From an uncultured Erysipelotrichaceae bacterium (GTDB lineage Bacteria > Bacillota_I > Bacilli_A > RF39 > UBA660), in the NCBI GenBank assembly GCA_951801995.1, contig CATOOY010000002.1:1-35340 (forward strand): a stretch of DNA of 35,340 bases. Direction: 5' to 3'. Positions 1 to 7,399 of this stretch are shown here, one piece after another. Every line of letters begins with the position of its first letter. Positions within the stretch are counted from its first letter, which is position 1. The translations under genes were made by a program, and so were the position numbers. Under the pieces are notes generated by a model that had not been told where the DNA came from, made no database searches, and saw only the letters and a list, made by a program, of their open reading frames with translations.

Positions 1-111
1 TACAGGTGTCTTTTCTTCTTTCCTTACTTCTTTTTCTTTTTTTTCACATCCACATCCTGTTATAAGGATGCATGCTAGTAATGCGAATACTATTTTATTT
101 ATTTTTTTCAT
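1..111 (-). CDS. Putative lipoprotein, N-terminal 37 codons only; the gene runs off the left edge
   Basis: The reverse complement reads ATG at 111..109, then MKKINKIVFALLACILITGCGCEKKEKEVRKEEKTPV. This has a basic N-terminus, a hydrophobic core and a lipobox L-I-T-G-C. A GGAG Shine-Dalgarno lies about 8 nt upstream (about 118-121). The ORF is not in the supplied track because it is truncated. Confidence 0.6.
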   Translation of the reverse strand, partial: MKKINKIVFALLACILITGCGCEKKEKEVRKEEKTPV

Positions 112-160
112 TTTTAACTCCTTTTTTATCATTTTTTTTAATTTTATTTAGTAGTAGGGG

Positions 161-191
161 GCAAACGATATATACAATATATAACGTTTGC
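161..191. repeat. 31-nt intergenic palindrome GCAAACG-A-TATATA-CAA-TATATA-A-CGTTTGC
   Basis: Read directly. The two arms pair over 13 positions with a single A:A mismatch. The palindrome lies between the LRR gene stop (368) and the lipoprotein start (111), with no adjacent U-tract on the minus strand. A TTGCAA -35-like hexamer on the minus strand overlaps one arm. Confidence 0.5.
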
Positions 192-367
192 AAAAATACC
201 TTGGATATTTGTTATTTTTTCTTATATTAGGTGACTGTGTTCTAGTTGATTCTTACCGAAATATGCATTTTAGTGTTAAATACTACAGACTCATTTGAAT
301 AATAACTTCAATTAATATATTTCCCGTTCCCAAAGTACCCTACAATTTATATACCAAGTGCTAGCAT

Positions 368-2161
368 TTAATTTTTAGCCACTGTTACAGTATAGGTTGT
401 ACTAGCTGCATTATAATTTTCTGTTGCTGCACTCCTTACTGTTATCGTTGATGTAACATCTCTAATAATGTTAGCTCCAGTTGATTTTACAATAAGTGCA
501 TTGTATGGAACGGATGGATCAATTGGACCTGTTATGGAACATGTCACATATTGATATTTTTCTGATGAGCAGCTTAAATTTCCACCTTGATGCTTAATTA
601 TTGAAATTGCTTTCTCCTCTTTGTTATTTGCTATTATTCCACTTGTTTCCGACAATAATACCACTCCATCTGCTTTACTTATTTCTATTGTTCTACTTCC
701 TGTTACACTGTTATATCCTGCTCTTGTTACTTGATAGTACACTGTATAGGTTCCTGCATTTGTATAAGTTGGCGAACTTGTTAAATTATAAGTTCCTGAT
801 GTAGTTCCATATTTAATCGTAGCCCCACTACTTGTTACTGTTATTCCATGCGCATTTCCATCATAGGTTCCTGTATATCCATTCGCTGTTACACTTAGGA
901 TTCCTTTTTCAGTAGTTGCTCTTACACTTTTCTCTGTTACTAGTCCTGAATCTGTTGTTACTTTTATTCCCATTTCATGTTCTGATTCAAACTCTAGATT
1001 TTCAAAGGTATAGGTACTTGTCCCTTTTTTATAAGCTCCACCATCTATACTATATTCATATTCTTTTATTCTTCCGAATTTTCCCGCTTCTGCTTCTACT
1101 TTTACTGTTATCATTGTACTTGTTGTTTTTATATCTACATTCTTTATTTCTGCTTTTGTCTGATCAGTACTTGATAAGTCATTTCCATCGAAGGCACCCT
1201 CTCCAATATTGGTTTCATCTGGCACTTCTACCTTCGTAAGTTGATTATTTTTAAAGGCATTTTCTCCTATATCTGTTACTGTACTTGGTATTTTTACATT
1301 TGTAAGTTGATTCCCTTCAAAGGCACTATTTCCTATACTTATAATTCCTTCTGGTATTGTTACATGCGTAATTCCTTTATCTTTAAAGACATTATCTCCT
1401 ATTTTCTTTATCTCTACTCCATTTATCTCTTTTGGGATTGATATTATCTTATCTTCACATACATATCCTGTTATTTCACTTGGATCATCTGGATTCACAG
1501 TAAAGCAAGATTCTTTCGTATTTGTTTCTATTTCAATAGGCCCTTTATTATTATCAAAGGCTCCTTCTCCTATATTTTCTACACTATCTGGTATTTTTAC
1601 ATTTGTTAAATCATTTCCAGCAAAGGCCCCTGAGCCTATATTTTTTACCCCCTCTTCTATCTCTACTTCCGTTAGCTGGTTATCTTTAAAGGCGTTATCT
1701 CCTATCGTCTCTACACTTCCTGGAATGGTTACATTTGTAAGCTGATTCCCTTCAAAAGCACCATTCCCTATATGTTTTACACCATCTCCTATTATTACCT
1801 CTGTTAGTTGATTGTTTTTAAAAGCGTTATCTCCTATGGTTTCCACACTTCCCGGAATTACTACACTTGTTAGATGATTTCCTTCAAAGGCACTATTACC
1901 TATACTTATAATCCCTTCTGGAATAATAACTTCCGTAAGTCCTTTGTCTTTAAAGGCATTATCCTCTATTTTCTTTATTTCTACTCCATTTATCTCGCTT
2001 GGTATCGTTACTATTTTACTATCACAAGTATATCCTATTATCTCACTTGGGTCATTTTCATTTACTATAAAACATGATTTTGGGGTTTCTGGTTTTGTTT
2101 CATCTGTACAATCACCTATACTATAGTCTGTTATATTTATTTTTTCTTGGTCGCACACCAT
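368..2161 (-). CDS. BspA-type leucine-rich-repeat (LRR_5-like) surface protein with FN3/Ig-like and YDG/MBG-like C-terminal beta-rich domains. As drawn it has no signal peptide.
   Basis: 597-aa ORF with repeated about 23-aa units such as IPxSVxxIGxxAFxxNQLTxVxI. The module SCFxVNxxDPSEIxGYxCxxKIxxIPxEINGVEIKKI occurs twice. The C-terminus carries YTGTYDGNAHGITV...TYTVYYQV motifs typical of large Firmicute adhesins. The ATG at 2161 is preceded by three in-frame stops and overlaps the upstream pilin-like ORF by 25 nt. Confidence 0.8.
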   Translation of the reverse strand: MVCDQEKINITDYSIGDCTDETKPETPKSCFIVNENDPSEIIGYTCDSKIVTIPSEINGVEIKKIEDNAFKDKGLTEVIIPEGIISIGNSAFEGNHLTSVVIPGSVETIGDNAFKNNQLTEVIIGDGVKHIGNGAFEGNQLTNVTIPGSVETIGDNAFKDNQLTEVEIEEGVKNIGSGAFAGNDLTNVKIPDSVENIGEGAFDNNKGPIEIETNTKESCFTVNPDDPSEITGYVCEDKIISIPKEINGVEIKKIGDNVFKDKGITHVTIPEGIISIGNSAFEGNQLTNVKIPSTVTDIGENAFKNNQLTKVEVPDETNIGEGAFDGNDLSSTDQTKAEIKNVDIKTTSTMITVKVEAEAGKFGRIKEYEYSIDGGAYKKGTSTYTFENLEFESEHEMGIKVTTDSGLVTEKSVRATTEKGILSVTANGYTGTYDGNAHGITVTSSGATIKYGTTSGTYNLTSSPTYTNAGTYTVYYQVTRAGYNSVTGSRTIEISKADGVVLLSETSGIIANNKEEKAISIIKHQGGNLSCSSEKYQYVTCSITGPIDPSVPYNALIVKSTGANIIRDVTSTITVRSAATENYNAASTTYTVTVAKN

Positions 2162-2503
2162 TTATTATTAGATATAGCTAAAGCAACTTTTCCATCTTCA
2201 TATAATACAGCACTTCCACTTTGTGGTTTTTTCCCTGATAATTTTAATCTTTTATCTCCTGGAAAAGTAAAGGTTTCCTCCTTTACTCCTTTATCTAAAG
2301 ATGCATTTGCGTAATATATTCTTGCTGCATCCACCACCCCATATGCAGTATCTTCAAAAGCACCCTTCTCTGCTTTTTCTATTACATTTAATATAATAGG
2401 AATACTTATTAGCGCTATTATAGCTAGTACCACTATAACAGCTAAAAGTTCTATTAGGGTAAATCCTTTACTTAATTTGCCCCCTTTTACTATTTGTTAA
2501 CAT
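2137..2503 (-). CDS. Type IV pilin / pseudopilin-like protein with a prepilin-type N-terminal cleavage/methylation motif. No canonical in-frame start codon precedes the motif.
   Basis: The frame of ORF 2137..2433 extends upstream as QIVKGGKLSKGFTLIELLAVIVVLAIIALISIPIIL. This contains the classic G|FTLIE motif (codons at 2449..2469) followed by a hydrophobic helix. The track start (GTG at 2433) would remove the motif. The only ATG with an upstream purine-rich site is at 2503..2501, and it is in a different frame. Removing one G from the G5 run (2480-2484) gives MLTNSKRGKLSKG|FTLIE. Confidence 0.7.
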
Positions 2504-2589
2504 ATTACTACCTACTTTCTTAATCTATATTTAGAATACCACAAATAAAATACCTATGTAAACATTTATCAACTGTAAATTTTTGTTTA

Positions 2590-2784
2590 TTATAAAATCT
2601 TTCTTGAGTATTCATCTATCACTGTTATTTGATAGTATTTTTTATCTTGTATATCAAAAAGTAAACACTCTCTAAGTACATACTTTATATCTACTCATAC
2701 TTTATCTTCTGGATACTGCCCTCTCATTTCTTCTGTTATAATTTCCATAAATACCACTCTTTTATATAATTTTTCTCTTTCAAG
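2590..2784 (-). pseudogene. Remnant of an rve-type DDE transposase (IS481-like)
   Basis: The minus-strand frame reads LEREKLYKRVVFMEIITEEMRGQYPEDKV*VDIKYVLRECLLFDIQDKKYYQITVIDEYSRKIL**. The stretch P-x-x-x-V-x-x-D-I-K-Y-V....KYYQ-x-T-x-IDEYSR matches the conserved block around the first catalytic Asp of IS481-like integrase-core transposases, which I recall as PGxRVQIDVKxVP....FYQYTAIDEYSR. There is an internal TGA and a TAA-TAA terminator. The second Asp and the Glu regions are absent. Confidence 0.4.
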
Positions 2785-2975
2785 TCAATTATATCAGACA
2801 GTATCTTTTTTTATTTTATTTTTGTGATATATGTATTATATCTCTACAAAGTAAAATATTAATTATACTCGATAATACAAAAACATGTTTATCGTAGAAT
2901 ATTAGCTACATATAAGTAAAGCACTTTTTTCCCTTCTATGAAAAAATTATTTCTGTTTCCTAAATATCCTTTTAT

Positions 2976-3016
2976 AAAAAAAAGACTTTTTCCAAAATTT
3001 CTTTTGTCAAAAGTCT
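2976..3016 (-). terminator. Rho-independent terminator downstream of the Spo0A_C-like gene
   Basis: The minus strand reads AGACUUUU-GA-CAAAA-GAAA-UUUUG-GA-AAAAGUCU followed by U8. The U8 corresponds to the plus-strand A-run at 2976-2983. The hairpin begins 10 nt after the stop codon. Confidence 0.65.
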
Positions 3017-3026
3017 GAAACAGTTA

Positions 3027-3701
3027 TCATAACTGTTTTACTTTATACTGTTGTTTTTCAGATTTTTTCTTTACTTCAGAAGCAATAATCATAACCACTG
3101 CTGTAGCAGTTAATTTTACACCTTTTCCAAAATAAGCCTCTAATATATCAGGAGAACAATAACATTTCATTTTTCCTGTAGCATAACGTATACTTCTTTC
3201 TACAGCCTTCCAACCAACACCATATTTTGTAGCAAGAGCAGGATAAATATCTTTTGTTATCCTAAAATCCATCATGTCACAGTCATTTAATAACATACAA
3301 ATAGCATCAACCAAAATATAATAACCACGACCAAATTTAGGAACGCAAAGCCCTCGAAGCTCTAACTCTACTAACTCTTCTAAAGAAGAACTAGAGTCAG
3401 TAGAATATTCTATAGCAGTTTGCTCTTGTTTTATATTACTTTCATGATTAAATTCTGATGATTTTGGTATAGAAGAAGCAGAAGTAGAGGAAACATTACA
3501 TTTATGCAAATAAAGCTCTTCCCTATACATTCTAAGTTCTTCAATTACTTCTAAAGTTTGACTATTTTGTTTCTGTATAATATTTAAAAATTGAGAATTT
3601 TGTTCTATTAGTTTTTGCAGCTGCACTTGTAGCAACATATTATTATTTCTCTCCTGAATGAGTTGTCCTATTAAAACATCAGTTTCTACTTCATTATCCA
3701 T
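3027..3701 (-). CDS. Spo0A C-terminal (DNA-binding) domain protein. It has no receiver domain; the N-terminus is a Q/N-rich coiled coil followed by a Ser-rich linker.
   Basis: The C-terminal about 105 aa read CVPKFGRGYYILVDAICMLLNDCDMMDFRITKDIYPALATKYGVGWKAVERSIRYATGKM...TATAVVMIIASEV. They align block-for-block with B. subtilis Spo0A: [56 protein letters not shown]...EFIAMVADKL. A GGGGG SD lies 5-6 nt before the ATG. The gene ends in a TGA-TAA tandem stop. Confidence 0.75.
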   Translation of the reverse strand: MDNEVETDVLIGQLIQERNNNMLLQVQLQKLIEQNSQFLNIIQKQNSQTLEVIEELRMYREELYLHKCNVSSTSASSIPKSSEFNHESNIKQEQTAIEYSTDSSSSLEELVELELRGLCVPKFGRGYYILVDAICMLLNDCDMMDFRITKDIYPALATKYGVGWKAVERSIRYATGKMKCYCSPDILEAYFGKGVKLTATAVVMIIASEVKKKSEKQQYKVKQL

Positions 3702-3740
3702 ATTTTCCCCCTAAAATTATTTCTTAATATTAAGAAATGG

Positions 3741-3761
3741 GGACTTTAAAAATTAAAGTCC
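3741..3761 (-). terminator. Hairpin at the rpoC stop codon, a possible weak terminator
   Basis: GGACUUUAA-UUU-UUAAAGUCC forms a 9-bp stem that starts at the rpoC TAG. It is followed by CCAUUUCUU, which is only a poor U-tract. Confidence 0.35.
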
Positions 3762-6700
3762 TAATCCATTAGTTCATTTTCTAAAGCTTCAAGTGGCTCT
3801 TCATCAATTAATTTATTTTCTAAATCATAATTTGTTTCCAAATACCTACGACTACCTGTTCCAGCAGGAATAAGTTTACCTATAATTACATTTTCCTTAA
3901 GACCATTTAAATGATCCACTTTACCATGTATAGCAGCATCTGTAAGAATTCTTGTTGTCTCTTGAAAAGATGCAGCAGATAAGAAAGAATCTGTCTCTAA
4001 AGATGCCTTTGTAATACCTAAAATAACAGGTCTTCCTGTAGCAGGTCTCTTTCCCTTCAAAATAAGTTCTTTATTAATATCTGTAAAATCTAACATATTT
4101 ACCATAGTACCTGGAAGTAAATAAGAATCTCCACTATTCACAATTTTTATTTTTGAAATCATACGTTTTACAATAATTTCAACGTGTTTATCAGAAATAT
4201 CAACACCTTGTGAACGATATACTTTTTGGATTTCTAATAAGATATATTGTTGTACTGTAATAGGATCAGTAATAGCAAGAAGCTCTTTTGGTGAAATAGC
4301 ACCATGTGTAAGCATTTGACCTGCAATAACTTCGTCTCCTTTTTCTACAGCTAATTTAGCACCATAATTAGAAACATGCTCCCTTGTTTCTGCTTCATTC
4401 TTAACAGTAATGATAATCTTACCAGAATCCTCTACAATATCAATAACTTTTCCTGTAATTTCTGAAATAGTTGCTTTTCCTTTTGGATTACGTGCTTCAA
4501 ATAAATCTTGTACACGTGGTAAACCTTGTGTAATATCATCTCCACCTGCAACACCACCTGTATTAAAGTTACGCATTGTAAGTTGAGTACCAGGTTCTCC
4601 AATAGATTGAGCAGCCATAATTCCAACAGCTTCTCCAAGTTCTACAATTTGACCAGTAGCTAAGTTACGCCCATAGCAATGTCTACACACACCCTGATGT
4701 GTTTTACAAGTAAGTACAGTACGAATTGGCACCTTTGTAATACCTGCTTTAATAATCTTTTCTGCAAGTACTTCAGTAATATAAGTATTTCTTTCTGCAA
4801 GTACCTCTTTTGTTTCAGGATGAATAATTTTCTTATTTGTATATCTTCCAATAATACGATCTTCCAAAGATTCTATTTCTGTTCCATCTTTTGGATTAAT
4901 AAATGCTTCTACAACAACACCTTGTTCTGTTCCACAATCTTCTTCTTTAATAATAATATCTTGCGCAACATCAACAAGTCTTCTTGTCAAATAACCAGCT
5001 TCTGCTGTACGAAGAGCTGTATCAACAGCACCTTTACGAGAACCATGGGTAGATAAAAAGAATTCAGAAATGGAAATACCTTCACTAAAGTTAGACACAA
5101 CAGGAATTTCCACTTGTCCCCCCGATGGCTTCGCAAAAAGTCCACGCATACCAGCTAATTGTGTATAAGAAGCTAAATCACCACGAGCTTTGGAATGAAT
5201 CATCATCGAAATTGGATTTTCAGAATCCTTTTTCAGAATTTGTTCAAGTTCACTTGAAACCTTATCCTTTGTTTCTTGCCAAATAGAAATAACAGTCATA
5301 TATCTTTCATTATCTGTAATTAAACCTCTTTTATATTGTTTATTTACCATATCTACTTTAGCTTGACTCTCTTTTAAAAGTTCTTTTTTATCTTCACTTT
5401 CTTTAATATCTGTAATAGAAATAGAAATACCAGATAAAGTAGAATACTTAAATCCTAAATCCTTTAACTTATCAAGCATAACAGAAGTTTCTGTTGTTTG
5501 ATATCTTTTATAAATTTGTGCAATGATTTTACGAAGTACATTTTTATGAAATGGCTCAACAATTGGCATTTCTGAAATAGCCTTCTTTAAATCTGTTCCA
5601 CGATCTAAGAAATATTTGGCAGGTGTAATTTTTTCAATATTTTCAGTAGTTCCATCATTGATATATTGAAATGAATCTAAGAAAATTTCATTAAATAAAA
5701 TTTTTCCTGGAGTTGTTACTAAATATTTATCCATATATTTATCTGGGAAAATCTTATATTTAAAACTATTCACTGGAATAGCAATACGAGTATGTAAAGT
5801 AATTTCTTTTCTCTCATATGCCATTAAAGCTTCATTTGTATTTTTAAAAGCTCTACCTTCCCCAGGAAGACCTGCTTTTTCAATACTGATATAAAAGTTA
5901 CCCAAAACCATATCTTGTCCTGGTGTAACAATAGGTTTACCATCTGATGGTTTTAAAATGTTATTAGCACCTAACATGAGAATACGTGCTTCTGCTTGTG
6001 CTTCTTCAGTAATAGGAACATGCACTGCCATTTGATCCCCATCAAAGTCAGCATTAAATGCTGCACAAACAAGTGGATGAAGTCTAATAGCTCTACCATC
6101 TATTAATTTTGGTTCAAATGCTTGAATACCAAGTCTATGAAGTGTCGGAGCACGGTTTAACATAACAGGATGTTCTTTAATTTTTTCTTCTACAACATCC
6201 CATACTCTTTCATCTTGATTCTCAATCATCTTTTTAGCAGCTTTAATATTAGAAGCAATTTCTTTTGAAACAAGCCCATTAATAACATGTGGTTTAAAAA
6301 GTTCTAAAGCCATCTCTTTTGGAATACCACATTCATACATCTTAAGACTTGGTCCAACAACGATAACAGAACGTCCAGAATAGTCAACACGTTTACCAAG
6401 TAAGTTTTGACGGAAACGACCTTGTTTTCCCTTAAGCATACTAGATAAAGACTTAAGTGGTCTATTTCCAGCACCTGTTATATTACGTCCTCTTCTACCA
6501 TTATCAAATAAAGCATCCACAGCTTCTTGAAGCATACGTTTTTCATTTTGGATAATAATAGAAGGAGCTCCTAATTCCATCAATTTTTTAAGACGATTAT
6601 TACGATTGATTACTCTTCTATATAAGTCATTTAAATCAGATGTAGCAAATCTTCCACCATCTAACTGAATCATAGGACGAAGTTCAGGTGGAATAACAGG

Positions 6701-7399
6701 AAGTGCATCCAATATCATCCACTCTGGTTTATTTCCAGATTCCAAAAATGCATTTAGTACATCAAGTCTCTTAATAAGACGAACACGCTTTTGACTTGTT
6801 GTATCTTTAATTTCTTCTATTTCAGCTTTAATATCTTCTACTTCCTTAGCAATATCTACCTCTGAAAGTAGCTCTTTTATCGCTTCTGCACCCATTCCTA
6901 CTCGAAAAGTATTTCCGTATTTTTCAAAATAAGTTCTATATTCTTTATCACTAATTGTTTGTTTTTTCTCAAGAGGAGCAGCACCAGGATCTAAAACAAC
7001 ATAAGATACGAAGTATAAAACTTCCTCTAGTTCTCTTGGAGACATATCAAGAGTAAGTCCCATACGAGAAGGAATCCCCTTGAAAAACCAAATATGAGAA
7101 ACAGGAGTAGCAAGTTCAATATGTCCCATACGTTCACGTCTAACTTTAGAACGTGTAACTTCTACCCCACAACGATCACAAACAATATTTTTATAACGAA
7201 GTCTTTTATATTTTCCACAAGCACATTCAAAATCTTTCGTAGGTCCAAATATTTTTTCACAGAAAAGTCCATCACGCTCAGGACGAAGCGTACGGTAATT
7301 AATAGTTTCTGCTTTTTTTACTTCTCCATAAGACCATTTACGAATAGTAGAGGGAGAAGCTATCGCAATTCTAATACCTTCAAAATCGTTTACTTTCAT
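3761..7399 (-). CDS. rpoC: DNA-directed RNA polymerase subunit beta-prime
   Basis: 1212-aa ORF with the NADFDGDQM catalytic motif and the zinc-binding CxCGKY..C..CGVE region, collinear with Firmicute RpoC. Its ATG shares one base with the rpoB stop (TAATG at 7399). Confidence 0.98.
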   Translation of the reverse strand: MKVNDFEGIRIAIASPSTIRKWSYGEVKKAETINYRTLRPERDGLFCEKIFGPTKDFECACGKYKRLRYKNIVCDRCGVEVTRSKVRRERMGHIELATPVSHIWFFKGIPSRMGLTLDMSPRELEEVLYFVSYVVLDPGAAPLEKKQTISDKEYRTYFEKYGNTFRVGMGAEAIKELLSEVDIAKEVEDIKAEIEEIKDTTSQKRVRLIKRLDVLNAFLESGNKPEWMILDALPVIPPELRPMIQLDGGRFATSDLNDLYRRVINRNNRLKKLMELGAPSIIIQNEKRMLQEAVDALFDNGRRGRNITGAGNRPLKSLSSMLKGKQGRFRQNLLGKRVDYSGRSVIVVGPSLKMYECGIPKEMALELFKPHVINGLVSKEIASNIKAAKKMIENQDERVWDVVEEKIKEHPVMLNRAPTLHRLGIQAFEPKLIDGRAIRLHPLVCAAFNADFDGDQMAVHVPITEEAQAEARILMLGANNILKPSDGKPIVTPGQDMVLGNFYISIEKAGLPGEGRAFKNTNEALMAYERKEITLHTRIAIPVNSFKYKIFPDKYMDKYLVTTPGKILFNEIFLDSFQYINDGTTENIEKITPAKYFLDRGTDLKKAISEMPIVEPFHKNVLRKIIAQIYKRYQTTETSVMLDKLKDLGFKYSTLSGISISITDIKESEDKKELLKESQAKVDMVNKQYKRGLITDNERYMTVISIWQETKDKVSSELEQILKKDSENPISMMIHSKARGDLASYTQLAGMRGLFAKPSGGQVEIPVVSNFSEGISISEFFLSTHGSRKGAVDTALRTAEAGYLTRRLVDVAQDIIIKEEDCGTEQGVVVEAFINPKDGTEIESLEDRIIGRYTNKKIIHPETKEVLAERNTYITEVLAEKIIKAGITKVPIRTVLTCKTHQGVCRHCYGRNLATGQIVELGEAVGIMAAQSIGEPGTQLTMRNFNTGGVAGGDDITQGLPRVQDLFEARNPKGKATISEITGKVIDIVEDSGKIIITVKNEAETREHVSNYGAKLAVEKGDEVIAGQMLTHGAISPKELLAITDPITVQQYILLEIQKVYRSQGVDISDKHVEIIVKRMISKIKIVNSGDSYLLPGTMVNMLDFTDINKELILKGKRPATGRPVILGITKASLETDSFLSAASFQETTRILTDAAIHGKVDHLNGLKENVIIGKLIPAGTGSRRYLETNYDLENKLIDEEPLEALENELMD

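Noticed and set aside
601-2126. Plus-strand ORFs (601..804, 916..1239, 1241..1441, 1874..2077, 1944..2126) antisense to the LRR gene
   Set aside because: Their translations are low-complexity and rich in Leu, Phe and Tyr, as expected from the reverse complement of an AT-rich repeat gene. None has an SD. All lie entirely inside a well-supported CDS.
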